Shown: positions 29,897-40,283, counted from the first letter of the stretch. The stretch is 64,000 nt of DNA from Candidatus Eiseniibacteriota bacterium (GCA_963762255.1 CAVXKA010000003.1:672001-736000), one strand, 5' to 3'. The notes: a model not told the origin generated them from the letters alone. Translations and numbers: made by a program.

Positions 29897-30430
29897 TCAG
29901 TGAGGTGAGTCGGCCGATTCTCCAACTTCGATGGGCACCGGGTAGTCGTGCCACTCGACGATCTCCCAGCCGATGGCGCCCTTCTTCTTCCCAGTGTCCT
30001 TGGGACGGACCAGAAGCTCCTGCCGGTTGAGATCGACCTGCATGGGCTCCTTGTTCTTGACCATCACCCGCATTTGACCGCCCTGGACCGGGATCATCAT
30101 CCATCCATCGCGGCCGCGCCCCTCCGCCGCCTTGGCCGCGGAGTAATCGAGTCGAAAGACCAACTGCTCGACATCCGGTGTGCGGAAGAGGTTTCCGGTG
30201 GCCATGACCTCTTCCTCTTTCCCCCACTCCAGGACGTCGCCGGAATCCGCACCCGCCGGCTCGAACGAATACTTGAAGTCCGGCGCGAACAGCGAGGCAT
30301 AGAGGCTGTCATCGCGGGTTTCGTACGCCCGCATGAGTCCCTGCACGACTTCGGTGGGATCGGATTGCCGGCGGCCGCAGCCGCTCCCCAGAATCACCAG
30401 CGCCAACACCACGAGGCCAAACCGCTTCAT
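29897..30430 (-). CDS. NTF2/SnoaL-like lipoprotein
   Basis: Lipobox LGSGC; 'AYETRD...YASLFAPDF' and terminal WEIVEW. Confidence 0.7.
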   Translation of the reverse strand: MKRFGLVVLALVILGSGCGRRQSDPTEVVQGLMRAYETRDDSLYASLFAPDFKYSFEPAGADSGDVLEWGKEEEVMATGNLFRTPDVEQLVFRLDYSAAKAAEGRGRDGWMMIPVQGGQMRVMVKNKEPMQVDLNRQELLVRPKDTGKKKGAIGWEIVEWHDYPVPIEVGESADSPH

Positions 30431-31044
30431 GTGGATTCCTTGTCGGAAAGTGCGTCGAGAAAGCTCCGCACCGCCGCGAGCGCCCGGCCTCGGTGGCTCA
30501 CGCGATGCTTGTCCGCCGAATCCATCTCGGCGAAGGTCCGCCCCGTCTCCGCGGACACGAAGAGAGGATCGTACCCGAACCCGGAGTCACCGCGCGGCTC
30601 GCCACCGATGCGGCCCCGTGTCTCGCCCGTGAAGACCCTGAGTTCGCCGTCCGGCGCGGCCAGGGCCACCACGCAACGAAAGGCCGCCCCTCGGTCCTCC
30701 CCGCGGACCCCGGAAAGGGCGCCCAAGAGTCTAGCGCAATTGGCGGCCGGATCCTGCGCCTCTCCCGCGTAGCGGGCGCTACGCACTCCCGGCGCGCCTC
30801 CCAGCACGTCCACGAACAGGCCGGTATCGTCGGCGAGGGTGAGGAGGCCGGTCGCCGCCGCGCCGGCCCGCGCCTTCAGCACCGCGTTCTCCTCCAGCGA
30901 CTCGCCGGTCTCGGGAACGTCGGGGTTCCACCCCGCGTCGGCCGGAGAGACCACTTCGATCCCGCCCGCCGCGAGCAGCTCGCGCATCTCGGCGAGCTTC
31001 CCGGCGTTGCCGGTCGCAATCAGAAGCCTCGCCGGCCGATTCAT
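30427..31044 (-). CDS. rdgB: Non-canonical purine NTP pyrophosphatase
   Basis: ATGNAGK, ADDTGL, PGVRSARYA, FGYDPLF, SHRGRA. Confidence 0.96.
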   Translation of the reverse strand: MNRPARLLIATGNAGKLAEMRELLAAGGIEVVSPADAGWNPDVPETGESLEENAVLKARAGAAATGLLTLADDTGLFVDVLGGAPGVRSARYAGEAQDPAANCARLLGALSGVRGEDRGAAFRCVVALAAPDGELRVFTGETRGRIGGEPRGDSGFGYDPLFVSAETGRTFAEMDSADKHRVSHRGRALAAVRSFLDALSDKEST

Positions 31045-31778
31045 ACCGTGCGGTCGTCGGGAAGCGCGAGCGCGCGTCGCTGCAGTTCGGTCAGCTCACG
31101 GCAGCCGAGATCGGCGAGGTCGAGCAACCGACCGAGCCCGTCGCGGGAGAACGGACGGCCCTCGGCGGTTCCCTGCACCTCGACATAGCTCCCGCCGCCG
31201 GTGCGCACCACGTTGAGATCGACCTCCGCATGCGAGTCCTCTTCATAGCACAGGTCGAGATGTGCTGACGAGCCCACGATGCCGACGCTCACCGCCGACA
31301 CCAACTCGCGCATGGGGTGGTATGGGATGCGCTCCTGCTCGACGAGAAACGCGAACGCCTGGTGCAACGCCACGCACGCACCGGTCACCGACGCCGTGCG
31401 CGTGCCGCCGTCCGCTTCGATTACGTCGCAGTCGAGCACGACGGTGCGCTCGCCGAAGCTCTGCAGGTCGATTACCGCGCGCAGGGAGCGCCCGATCAAG
31501 CGCTGGATCTCGAGGGTGCGGCCGCCTTGCCGCCCCTGCGCGGCCTCGCGCGGGATGCGGCTGGAGGAGGAGCGGGGCAGCATGCCGTACTCCGCGGTCA
31601 CCCACCCGCGGCCCGAGCCCTTGAGAAAGGGCGGCACCTTGTCCTCCACGGTCGCCGCGCAGAGCACGATGGTTCCGCCCACGGCGATGCGCGCCGAGCC
31701 CTCGGCGTGGCGCAGCACGCCGACCTCGATCGTGGTGGGACGGAGCTGGTCGAGACGGCGGCCGTCGCTTCGGGTCAT
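31041..31778 (-). CDS. rph: Ribonuclease PH
   Basis: TAEYGMLP, EIQRLIGRSLR, ADGGTRTAS, EVQGTAE. Confidence 0.97.
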   Translation of the reverse strand: MTRSDGRRLDQLRPTTIEVGVLRHAEGSARIAVGGTIVLCAATVEDKVPPFLKGSGRGWVTAEYGMLPRSSSSRIPREAAQGRQGGRTLEIQRLIGRSLRAVIDLQSFGERTVVLDCDVIEADGGTRTASVTGACVALHQAFAFLVEQERIPYHPMRELVSAVSVGIVGSSAHLDLCYEEDSHAEVDLNVVRTGGGSYVEVQGTAEGRPFSRDGLGRLLDLADLGCRELTELQRRALALPDDRTV

Positions 31779-32635
31779 CGAGTCTCCTCGCGCCGGGCGG
31801 CTCCGGCCCAGCGGTCGTACCAGGGAAGATCGGATTGGTCCACCGCTTCGACGTTGCCGAGGCCGGCGTCGCCCAGGAACCGGCGTCCCTCAGCATGAAA
31901 CTTTTCGGGCTGATCGCTGACGAAAAACCGATGGTGCGCACGGGATCCGGTCGGAGCGAGCGCCGCCACGCCGGCGAGATGCTCGGAGACCTCGGCGGCG
32001 ACCGCCTCACCGGAGTCGATCAGCGTCACTCCGTCCCCCATCACCTCGGCGATCACTCCTCCCAGGAGCGGATAGTGCGTACACCCGAGGATGAGCGTGT
32101 CCACGTTCGCCTCGCGCAGCGGCTTCAGGTATTCCTCCGCCACGCGCCGCGTGACCGCGTGTTCGATCCAACCTTCCTCGACCAGCGGCACGAAGAGGGG
32201 GCAGGCCGCCGAGGTCGCGGCGATGCGCGACTCCAGTCTCGTGAGCGCGGCGTCGTAGCAACGCGAGCCCACGGTGGCGCGCGTGCCGATCACCCCGACG
32301 CGGCCGGTCCGCGTGGCCTGGGCCGCTCGGCGCGCGCCCGCCTCTACCACGCCAAGCACCGGGAACGGAGCCTCGCCCTTGAGCGCGTCGAGCGCCAACG
32401 CGGAGGCGGTGTTGCACGCCACCACCAGGGCCTTGATGTCGAAATGATGCAGAAAGCGCAACGCCTCCAGCGACAGCCTCGTCACCGTGGCCTTCGACTT
32501 GTTGCCATAGGGGAGCCGCGCGGTGTCGCCGAAGTAGACGAGGCTCTCCGCGGGGAGTGCGCGGGTGAGAGCGCGCACGACGGTGAGCCCCCCCAGACCG
32601 GAATCGAACACGCCCAGCGGGGCCAGGTTCACCAC
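31775..32635 (-). CDS. murI: Glutamate racemase
   Basis: FDSGLGGL, VACNTAS, LGCTHYP. Confidence 0.96.
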   Translation of the reverse strand: MVNLAPLGVFDSGLGGLTVVRALTRALPAESLVYFGDTARLPYGNKSKATVTRLSLEALRFLHHFDIKALVVACNTASALALDALKGEAPFPVLGVVEAGARRAAQATRTGRVGVIGTRATVGSRCYDAALTRLESRIAATSAACPLFVPLVEEGWIEHAVTRRVAEEYLKPLREANVDTLILGCTHYPLLGGVIAEVMGDGVTLIDSGEAVAAEVSEHLAGVAALAPTGSRAHHRFFVSDQPEKFHAEGRRFLGDAGLGNVEAVDQSDLPWYDRWAGAARREETR

Positions 32636-33228
32636 GATGCGACCTCCAGACGCGAGCCCGGCTCGAGATGCCTGCCCCACGTCGTGAGCGGGCGTCCCTC
32701 CACGAGCACGCGGACCTCGCGGATGTTGGGGAGGTTCTCTCCCAGCGTTCGCACGAATGCGGAGAGCTTGAGACGTTCCTCGAGAATGCCCTTTCCCTCG
32801 ACGGCGGCGAAGCGACGATTGAAGTCGAGCACCGCCGTCCCCTCGCCGTCCTCGAAGTAGTGCAGAAGCTCCGTGCCGGAAGGGAGCGGCGTTTCGAGCC
32901 CCGGCGCAGGACGGGTGAGAAACGTCACGAGGTCCCGGGCCAGATCCTGGCGCGACGACTCGGCCAAGACCTCGCGCCGGCGCGGCGCGAGCGCCGTCGA
33001 GTCCGCGGAGATGTAGTACACAACGACCGGACGAAGCGCGGTGCCGCGGCCGGTCAGGTCGAGTTGATAGTGAACGGAGTCGGGCTGGCGGAGGTTCACG
33101 AAGACCGCCGCCGCGGCGAGGGTCACGGCCGCGATCACGACAAGCCCGACCCACGTGATGTGCCGCGCGCGCAGCAGCGCGGCGACGCGATTCGCGGGTC
33201 CATCGAGGCGAGCGCGGCTCATCGCCAT
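32629..33228 (-). CDS. GerMN domain protein
   Basis: N-terminal TM helix; LPSGT..., VLDF..., TL...V.VLVEG; usual position upstream of murI. Confidence 0.75.
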   Translation of the reverse strand: MAMSRARLDGPANRVAALLRARHITWVGLVVIAAVTLAAAAVFVNLRQPDSVHYQLDLTGRGTALRPVVVYYISADSTALAPRRREVLAESSRQDLARDLVTFLTRPAPGLETPLPSGTELLHYFEDGEGTAVLDFNRRFAAVEGKGILEERLKLSAFVRTLGENLPNIREVRVLVEGRPLTTWGRHLEPGSRLEVASW

Positions 33229-34673
33229 CCCTCCTCGAACGCACCCTGCTCGCCGCCCAGGAGGTAGAGACGCAGGCCATCGAGCACGCCCGCCGCCACC
33301 TTCTCCCGGTCCTCCTCATTCCAATCGCGTGTGCCGTCGCCGAAACCCAACTCCAGAAGCACCGCGGGCTGATCCGCGCTCATGAGTTCGGGGATCTCTT
33401 CGGCGAAGACTCCCTGCGGCTCCTCGCCCAGCGCGGCCGCGACGCCGTCCATCACCGAGCGCGCCAGAAGCCTGCTCGACGCCAGGTACGGACTCTGCCC
33501 CCCGTTGAGGGATCGAAACCCCAGCGCCGTCATGGATGCCGAGGGGGTATCGTCGGGGCCCACATCGGCCACGAACGCCGCCGGCCCGCCCTTGCGATCG
33601 TGTACGTGCACCGAGATGAAAAGGTCGGCCCGGCTCTGGGCGGCACGTTGCCCGCGAACGGCCGCCGACGGGTTTTCTCCGGCATCCCGGGTCAGAACGG
33701 CCTCCGCGCCCATTTCCTCGCGAAGGCGCGACGCGATGCGCCGCGAGAGATCCAGCGCGACATCCGCCTCGGCTCCCCCCGCCAGCGTCGCTCCACGCTC
33801 GCCTCCACCGTGTCCGGGGTCCAGCGCGATGACGCGGATTCCATCCGCGGTGATCGCCGGCGCGGCGAGCGGCCGCAGGCGCCCCTCGCGCAGATCCCGC
33901 TCGTCGAGGCCGAGCACGATGGAGAGACGGCGGCCGGAGACGTCCACCCGATAGCCCTGCGCCGCCGAGGTCGGCGTGAAACTCACTTCGAGGCCGTCGG
34001 GAACATTGTGCAGAAGAAGCCCCTGAAACGCTTCGTGGGCGGTGGGGAGAGGTAGAAGCAGCGGGTCGTAGCTGACCCCGCGAATCCGGATCACGACCGA
34101 GGAGCGTTCGGCGATGACGACCTCATACCGCGGGTCGACATCGGTCGCGATGTGGAGCCGCCAGCCGAGCGCATCGCTGGTGATCTGCGCTCCGATCACC
34201 TGCCCCTCGCGCTCGAAAGCGCTCAGTCGGCGGCGCTCCCGTGAGAACCGCACCGGCTTCGCGATCCAGGGGCGCGGGGCACCGTTCTCGTCGAGCACGA
34301 GGTCCAGAGGCACCATCAGCTCTCCGCCCCAGAAGAACACCGCGCTCGGGAGGTGAAATGTCCGCGTCGCGTCGATGACCGCGACGTCCGACCCCGCGGT
34401 CACCGCGATCTCGTGCTTGTCCGCGGAGAGGGTCACCCGCCCGAGTTCGGATCGCCAGTAAAGGGTCGCGTCCAGAAGGAGCGCGATCTCGTCGGCGGCG
34501 AGGTACAGGACGCCGTCCCGCTCCCAGGCCGTGGTCGCGCGGGGCGCGCCGCGGGCGGGCGCGAGTTGGAGTTCGAAGGGGACGGTGCCCGGAGGAGTCT
34601 GCGCCGAGCCGGCCGGGGCCATGGCGCCGAGAAGCAGCGCGACGAGCACACCGCGCAGAGCGAATTTCGGCAT
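33219..34673 (-). CDS. N-acetylmuramoyl-L-alanine amidase (Amidase_3)
   Basis: Signal peptide; IALDPGHGG, E, FISVH, AVLLELGF. Confidence 0.85.
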   Translation of the reverse strand: MPKFALRGVLVALLLGAMAPAGSAQTPPGTVPFELQLAPARGAPRATTAWERDGVLYLAADEIALLLDATLYWRSELGRVTLSADKHEIAVTAGSDVAVIDATRTFHLPSAVFFWGGELMVPLDLVLDENGAPRPWIAKPVRFSRERRRLSAFEREGQVIGAQITSDALGWRLHIATDVDPRYEVVIAERSSVVIRIRGVSYDPLLLPLPTAHEAFQGLLLHNVPDGLEVSFTPTSAAQGYRVDVSGRRLSIVLGLDERDLREGRLRPLAAPAITADGIRVIALDPGHGGGERGATLAGGAEADVALDLSRRIASRLREEMGAEAVLTRDAGENPSAAVRGQRAAQSRADLFISVHVHDRKGGPAAFVADVGPDDTPSASMTALGFRSLNGGQSPYLASSRLLARSVMDGVAAALGEEPQGVFAEEIPELMSADQPAVLLELGFGDGTRDWNEEDREKVAAGVLDGLRLYLLGGEQGAFEEGWR

Positions 34674-35161
34674 CAGCGTCCCTTCCTGCTCATGGCTCGC
34701 GCCATCTCCCGCTCGGCGTCGCGCTTGGCGATGTCCTCGCGTTTGTCATGCGCCTTCTTGCCGCGGGCGAGCGCCAGTTCGATCTTGGCCCACCCGTCAC
34801 GAAAATAGATGCGCAGGGGAATCAGCGTCAGCCCCTTCTCCTTGGTCTTGACCAGGAGGCGATGAATCTCGCGGTGGGAGAGCAGAAGCTTGCGGGGACG
34901 GAGCGGATCGTGGTTGAAGCGGCTTGCCTGCTCGTACGGACTGATGTGGAGACTGACCACCCAGGCCTCGCCGTCCTTGATCTCGCCGTGCGCGTCTCCC
35001 ATGTTCGCCCGGCCGTCCCGGAGCGACTTGACCTCGGTCCCGGTCAGAACCATCCCCGCCTCGATCGTCTCCAGAATGTGGTAGTAGTGGCGCGCCTTGC
35101 GGTTCGTGGCGACGAGCTTGATGTCGTCCTTGGCCGCGCCGGCGGCTGGTTTCGATGGCAA
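34673..35161 (-). CDS. smpB: SsrA-binding protein
   Basis: NRKARHYY, EAGMVLTGTEVKSLR, RKLLL, GKK.HDKR; probable TTG start. Confidence 0.97.
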   Translation of the reverse strand: MPSKPAAGAAKDDIKLVATNRKARHYYHILETIEAGMVLTGTEVKSLRDGRANMGDAHGEIKDGEAWVVSLHISPYEQASRFNHDPLRPRKLLLSHREIHRLLVKTKEKGLTLIPLRIYFRDGWAKIELALARGKKAHDKREDIAKRDAEREMARAMSRKGR

Positions 35162-35292
35162 GGGAGCCTTTCTCTCGATCGGTGTGCTCGGCGGTCGTGC
35201 GGGGACCGGGGCCGCCCGGAAATCCAGGCGCCGCGCGGCCGGCCGCGCGCGCAAAGACGTTACCCGCACGCCGGGACGGGGGCAAGCGGGCA

Positions 35293-35321
35293 TTGACACT
35301 GCGCGGGGCGGGCCTTAGTCT
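35293..35321 (+). promoter_or_regulatory. Sigma70-type promoter for tRNA-Leu
   Basis: TTGACA-17-TAGTCT. Confidence 0.65.
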
Positions 35322-35342
35322 TTTCCGTCCGCAATCTGCGGC

Positions 35343-35429
35343 GCGGAAGTGGCGGAACTGGCAGACGCGCTGGGTTCAGGGTCCAGTGGTGGCAACACCG
35401 TGGGGGTTCAAGTCCCCCCTTCCGCACCA
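35343..35429 (+). tRNA. tRNA-Leu(CAG)
   Basis: GCGGAAG acceptor, CTGGG-TT-CAG-GG-TCCAG arm, long variable arm, CCA. Confidence 0.95.
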
Positions 35430-35502
35430 GTCTTTTCTTCAGTCCCCCGGCCTCGATCGGCTCGCCAGTGCCGTATCGAGGCCTCGGGGGATCCAGGCGA
35501 TC

Positions 35503-36945
35503 TTGGCCACGACCAACCGCCCCCTCACCGTCGCAGCGCTCCTCCTCGGCATGTTCATGGCCGCCGTGGAGTTGACCATCGTGTCCACGGCGATGCCATC
35601 GGTGATCGCCGACCTGGGCGGGATTCACCACTACTCCTGGGTCTTCACCGCGTATCTGCTCGCCTCGACCCTCACCGTCCCCCTGTACGGCAAGCTTGCC
35701 GACCTCTACGGGCGGAAGCCGATCCTCCTCGTCGGGACCGGGTTCTTCCTCGTCGGCTCCGCGGCGAGCGGTCTCTCATCCAACATGACGCAGCTCATCG
35801 CGGCCCGAGTCGTTCAGGGGTTGGGAGCGGGCGCAATGCAGCCGGTCTCGCTCACGATCATTGGCGACATCTTCAGTCTCGAGGAGCGGGCCCGCATGCA
35901 GGGACTCTTCGGCGCGGTGTGGGGGCTCGCCGGCCTCATCGGCCCGGTGCTGGGCGGCCTCATCGTGAAGTACCTGTCGTGGCACTGGGTCTTCTTCGTG
36001 AACGTTCCGTTCGGGCTGGCCTCGGCGGCGCTCCTGCTCGTCTCGCTGCACGAAAACGTTGAGCACAAACGCCACGCGCTGGACACCACGGGCGCCCTGC
36101 TCCTCGCGGCGTCGGTCACGCTGCTGCTTCTGGGCTCGCAGGGGGGCCACGGTCCGCTCCCGATCGTGGGGGCGGCCGTGCTCCTGGCCGCGTTCATCTT
36201 CCAGGAGCGGCGCGCGCGGGAGCCGATCGTCCCTCTCGGACTCTTCCGATCGCCGGTGATGGCCGTGTCGAGCGCGGCGGGGGTGATGATCGGGGGCTCG
36301 ATGCTCGCCACCGTCACCTACGTGCCGCTCTTCGTGCAGGGGGTCCTCGGCGGGTCCCCCACGATGGCCGGCAGCGCGATCACGCCCATGGTCATCGCGT
36401 GGCCGGTGGCGAGCGCTCTGGGGGGACGTCTCCTGCCCAGCGTGGGGTATCGCCCGCTCATCTGGCTGGGGCTCACCCTCTCCGCCGCCGGAGCGTTCGC
36501 GCTCGCGCTCGTAACCCATCCCTCCGAGAACATCAACGCGCTCCGGGCCGCCACCGCGGGCTTCGGGTTGGGGCTCGGCTTCGCCAACACCGCGCTCTTG
36601 ATCGCGGTGCAGACCGCGGTGGGGTGGGAACAACGAGGGATCGCCACCGCCAGCACGCTCTTCTTCCGGAGCATCGGCGGCGCGCTCGCGATCGGAGTCA
36701 CGGGCGGCGTGCTCTCGCGCGCTCTGGGGGCGGACCCTTCGATCCCCGCCGAGGCGGCGAACCGGCTCCTGGGCCCGGCGCGCGGGAGCGGGCTCGATCC
36801 CGGCGTCTTGCAGCGCCTGGGCAGCGCCATGGACTCGGGGCTGGACCGCGTGTTCTGGATCATCTTCGCGATGGCGGCGGCGGCGCTGGCGGCCTCGCTC
36901 TTCTTCCCCCACGTCCCGACCCGCCCGGCTCAGGACCGGGTCTGA
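35503..36945 (+). CDS. DHA2/EmrB-QacA-type MFS efflux transporter
   Basis: TIVSTAMP, WVFTAYLL, GKLADLYGRK, ARVVQGLG, WHWVFFVNVP. Confidence 0.9.
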   Translation: MATTNRPLTVAALLLGMFMAAVELTIVSTAMPSVIADLGGIHHYSWVFTAYLLASTLTVPLYGKLADLYGRKPILLVGTGFFLVGSAASGLSSNMTQLIAARVVQGLGAGAMQPVSLTIIGDIFSLEERARMQGLFGAVWGLAGLIGPVLGGLIVKYLSWHWVFFVNVPFGLASAALLLVSLHENVEHKRHALDTTGALLLAASVTLLLLGSQGGHGPLPIVGAAVLLAAFIFQERRAREPIVPLGLFRSPVMAVSSAAGVMIGGSMLATVTYVPLFVQGVLGGSPTMAGSAITPMVIAWPVASALGGRLLPSVGYRPLIWLGLTLSAAGAFALALVTHPSENINALRAATAGFGLGLGFANTALLIAVQTAVGWEQRGIATASTLFFRSIGGALAIGVTGGVLSRALGADPSIPAEAANRLLGPARGSGLDPGVLQRLGSAMDSGLDRVFWIIFAMAAAALAASLFFPHVPTRPAQDRV

Positions 36946-36977
36946 GTCGGGCGGGTCGTAGCTGCGGAGCGTTTTCC

Positions 36978-38135
36978 CTATTCGATCGTGAGGCTCGAGA
37001 GCGACGCCGACGGCGACGAGCCGGCCATCGCGTGACACTGATCGCAACCCGGCGCGCTGTACCCGTCGGAGAGGGGCCAGGTCATCGCGAACGCCTCGCC
37101 CGATCCGTGCGCCTTGTGGCAACTGAGACAGAAGACTCCGTTGTTGCGGGCGTTGACGGCGCCGGCGGCCCCGAAGTCGGCGGCCCCGCTCACCACGAAG
37201 CGCACGCGGGGCACCGAGAACCCCGAACCGGTTCCCGCTTCCCAGTGCATGGGGTCGGAGCCCCCGTCCACCGCACCCATGGCAATCGAATTCGGGGAAC
37301 CGCGCTCGCTATCGTAGCTGGGATGGCGACTGTGGATTCCGTCGCCGTCGGGGTCGATGGCGGTGCTCCCCGAGAAGATGTGGTGGCAGTCCACACACAT
37401 GTTGGACACTTCGCGCAACGCGTCGGAGTCGAGGGTTCCGTAGGAAACGTTTCGGGTTTCGTAGCGCGCCAAACCGGCGGCGCCCGGACTCACGAAGAGC
37501 CCCAGGTCGGGAGTCGACTCCGGGTCGCTCGCCCACTGCAGATTGCGGGCGACCCCGTTGCCGTGGGGGTTGTGGCAATCGATGCAGGTCACCTGCCTGT
37601 CGCTACCAACGCCGGAATGACATCGATCACACAGGCCGCTCCCCTCCCGCAGATCCCGCCCAAGGTCGTGGCCTCGCGGGTTCATGGTCCCGGTTCGGTC
37701 GAAGTGCCCCGCCGAGCGCTCGGCGAGCCCGTTCACATCCGCCCCCATCACGTCGGGCACACCCATGCGGCCGTCGTGACAGCTCAGGCACAGGTCCAGC
37801 GGATCCGGCGTCTTGAGCAGGTACGGGTTCATGGTCCCGTCGTAGGCAAGGGGTTCCATCGGACGCGGAGTCCCGGGATGCGGAGCGGGAGACGTGGACA
37901 CGTGCAAGAGGTGGCAATCCTCGCACACCGCCTCCGGGCCATTGTGGTGACGGGGCACGGCGTCCGGGTAGAGCGCGACCCCGGCGTCCGTGGCCGTCGA
38001 CGCACCGCCGGGCCGGCCGCCGATGTGAAGGGGAACCGAGGAGTGTTGCTCGAGTCCGTCCGCGAACGAGCCGGCCGACATGAAGCCGGCGGCCGCAAGA
38101 GCGATCCATGCACCTGCCCACACCGCGCGTCCCAT
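36978..38135 (-). CDS. Secreted multiheme c-type cytochrome (7 CxxCH)
   Basis: Signal peptide; CEDCH, CLSCH, CDRCH, CIDCH, CVDCH, CLSCH, CDQCH. Confidence 0.9.
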   Translation of the reverse strand: MGRAVWAGAWIALAAAGFMSAGSFADGLEQHSSVPLHIGGRPGGASTATDAGVALYPDAVPRHHNGPEAVCEDCHLLHVSTSPAPHPGTPRPMEPLAYDGTMNPYLLKTPDPLDLCLSCHDGRMGVPDVMGADVNGLAERSAGHFDRTGTMNPRGHDLGRDLREGSGLCDRCHSGVGSDRQVTCIDCHNPHGNGVARNLQWASDPESTPDLGLFVSPGAAGLARYETRNVSYGTLDSDALREVSNMCVDCHHIFSGSTAIDPDGDGIHSRHPSYDSERGSPNSIAMGAVDGGSDPMHWEAGTGSGFSVPRVRFVVSGAADFGAAGAVNARNNGVFCLSCHKAHGSGEAFAMTWPLSDGYSAPGCDQCHAMAGSSPSASLSSLTIE

Positions 38136-38318
38136 CGGGACACTCCTTCAGGAAGCGATCGCCGTTGACCGGCAGTGCCCCGAGTCTTCCGGGCCAGCGT
38201 TGGCGCTGGTGCTCGCCGGAGGAGGGGCATCCCCTCTTGGAATCGGCTTCGAGAAGGCGCGCCTGAAGTTCGGAGAACAAACGAACGGATGTTTGCTATG
38301 GAATTCGAACTGTTGTCG

Positions 38319-38360
38319 AAAAACAGGAAAGCCGGGGCCGCCCCGCGGCCGCCCCGGCTT
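38319..38360 (-). terminator. Probable intrinsic terminator
   Basis: AAGCCGGGGC / GCCCCGGCTT stem with T-rich tail on minus, just after the 38370 stop. Confidence 0.55.
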
Positions 38361-38369
38361 CGTGCGCCA

Positions 38370-39008
38370 TCAAGGCTCCGGCAGGAACCTCGATTTGATC
38401 GCCCCCCAGCTCTCGGCCTCGGCCGCCGTCGGGCAGTCCAGCAGCATTCCCGGTGATGGAGCGCACCCCGTGCTGGCCGGAAGACCCGACCCGGTGAAGG
38501 GGTTCATCCCGTCGAAGAGCCGCCAACTGGGTCCGCCGTCGGGAGCCCGGCCCGAACTGCGGTCGTCCTCAGCCTCGAGGTCCAGGTACGTGTAGGCATC
38601 CACGAGAATCGGGGCTCCTTCCGTCGTCCGCATGAGGAGAAGGGTTCCCCCGGTGTTGTTCAGACGCAGCCCGTACTGCGGCTCTCCGTTGGCTTGCTCC
38701 CACTGGTAGCTCTCTCCCCCGTACACCACGCGGACCTCTCCCGGATTGAGCACGCCGGTGAACTCGTAGCGCCAGGTCGTGTCGGCGGCGGCCAGTCGAT
38801 AGCCCTCCAGCGCCACCGGCGCCGCGCCGGCGTTGATGATCTCCACCCACTCGTCATCTCGGGAGCTGTACACGCCACTCCCATCCCAATCGAACAACGG
38901 ATCCGCCATCATCTCGTTGAGGAGCACCTCTGCTCCGACGCCTCCCGCCGCCGTCGCGAGGCCGATCGCGGTCAGGATCACGACAAAGAAACCGGTTCTC
39001 AAGGACAT
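38370..39008 (-). CDS. Secreted lamin-tail-domain protein with C-terminal SWGxIK tail
   Basis: Signal peptide; LLNEMMADP..DEWVEIIN, LNNTG; ends AEAESWGAIKSRFLPEP. Confidence 0.85.
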   Translation of the reverse strand: MSLRTGFFVVILTAIGLATAAGGVGAEVLLNEMMADPLFDWDGSGVYSSRDDEWVEIINAGAAPVALEGYRLAAADTTWRYEFTGVLNPGEVRVVYGGESYQWEQANGEPQYGLRLNNTGGTLLLMRTTEGAPILVDAYTYLDLEAEDDRSSGRAPDGGPSWRLFDGMNPFTGSGLPASTGCAPSPGMLLDCPTAAEAESWGAIKSRFLPEP

Positions 39009-39104
39009 GGAAATACCTCCGTGTTGTGACTGGACGGAGGGTTGTGGGGAGGCGGGCCGATGCGGGGACGACTCGGGCGCGATGCGCCCGCCCGGGCCGT
39101 CGGG

Positions 39105-40283
39105 TCAGGTCTTCTTTGTCGCGGCGACGAAGGATGCGATGCGGTCGAGCGCCTTGTCGAGGTTCTCCAGCGAGTTGGCGTAGGAGAACCTGAGGTGCCC
39201 TTCGCCGAACGCTCCAAAAGCGGTGCCGCTCAGCGCGGCCACGCCGAAATCGTCGAGCAGTCCGCGGGCGATTTCGCGGGACGGGCGGCCGAGGGCACGC
39301 ACATCGGGGAAGACATAGAACGCGCCGTGTGGAAGCAGGCAGTCGATGCCTTCGATCCGGTTGAGTCCGGCCACCAGGTGGTCCCGGCGGCGGCGGAACT
39401 CGTCCCGCATGCGGCCCGGTTCGGTCTGGGATCCCCGTAACGCCTCCATGCCCGCCCGCTGCACGAAGGAGGCGGTGCAGGAGTTGCAGTTGGTGGCGAG
39501 TTGGGACACCCATCGTGCCAGGGGCTCCGGCATCACGCCGTAGCCCAGGCGCCAACCGGTCATGGCATAGGTCTTCGAGAACCCGTCCAGGATGATCGTG
39601 CGGTCGGCCATGCCCTCCTGGGTGGCGATCGAGAGGTGGTCCCCCTCGTAGATGATCTGGGAGTAGATCTCGTCGGAGAGCACCCACGTCTCGGGAAAGT
39701 CGCGCAGGATGGCGCCGATGCTGCGGATGTCCTCCGGAGGGAGCATCCCCCCCGTCGGGTTCTGCGGCGTGTTGAGGATCACCAGGCGCGTTTTCTGGGA
39801 TAGCTTGTCCCGAAATTCGTCGAGATCGAGACGAAATTCGTTCTCCTGCCGCAGCGGGAGCGGCACCGCCTTCGCTCCCGCGTACTGGATCACCGACTCG
39901 TAGATCGGGAACCCGGGGTTGGGGTAGAGCACCTCGTCGCCCGGGTCGAGGACCGCCAGCATCGTGTAGAACATGATCGGCTTGCCGCCAGGGGTCACCA
40001 CGACGTTGGCCGCCTTCGCGGTCACCCCCCGATCGCGGGAGATATGGTCGGCGATGACCTCGCGGAACTCGGGAAGCCCGGCGGAAGGGCCGTAGTGGGT
40101 GAAGCCCTGATCGAGAGCCGCCTTGGCCGCTTCGATGATGTTGGCCGGCGTGTTGAAATCAGGCTCGCCGATCTCGAGATGGACGACGTCCTTTCCCTGC
40201 GCCTCGAGTTGCTTGGCCCGCGCCAGCACCTCGAAGGCAGTCTCGGTGCCCAGCCGCTCCATCGCTCTGGCAAACCTCGGCAT
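39105..40283 (-). CDS. Class I/II PLP-dependent aminotransferase (AspB-like)
   Basis: IGEPDF, NTPQNPTG, SDEIY, FSKTYAMTGWRLG. Confidence 0.93.
   Translation of the reverse strand: MPRFARAMERLGTETAFEVLARAKQLEAQGKDVVHLEIGEPDFNTPANIIEAAKAALDQGFTHYGPSAGLPEFREVIADHISRDRGVTAKAANVVVTPGGKPIMFYTMLAVLDPGDEVLYPNPGFPIYESVIQYAGAKAVPLPLRQENEFRLDLDEFRDKLSQKTRLVILNTPQNPTGGMLPPEDIRSIGAILRDFPETWVLSDEIYSQIIYEGDHLSIATQEGMADRTIILDGFSKTYAMTGWRLGYGVMPEPLARWVSQLATNCNSCTASFVQRAGMEALRGSQTEPGRMRDEFRRRRDHLVAGLNRIEGIDCLLPHGAFYVFPDVRALGRPSREIARGLLDDFGVAALSGTAFGAFGEGHLRFSYANSLENLDKALDRIASFVAATKKT

Noticed and set aside
38200-38320. Possible sigma54 site or riboswitch upstream of the cytochrome
   Set aside because: No correctly spaced GG-N10-GC on the proper strand and no recognisable aptamer consensus.
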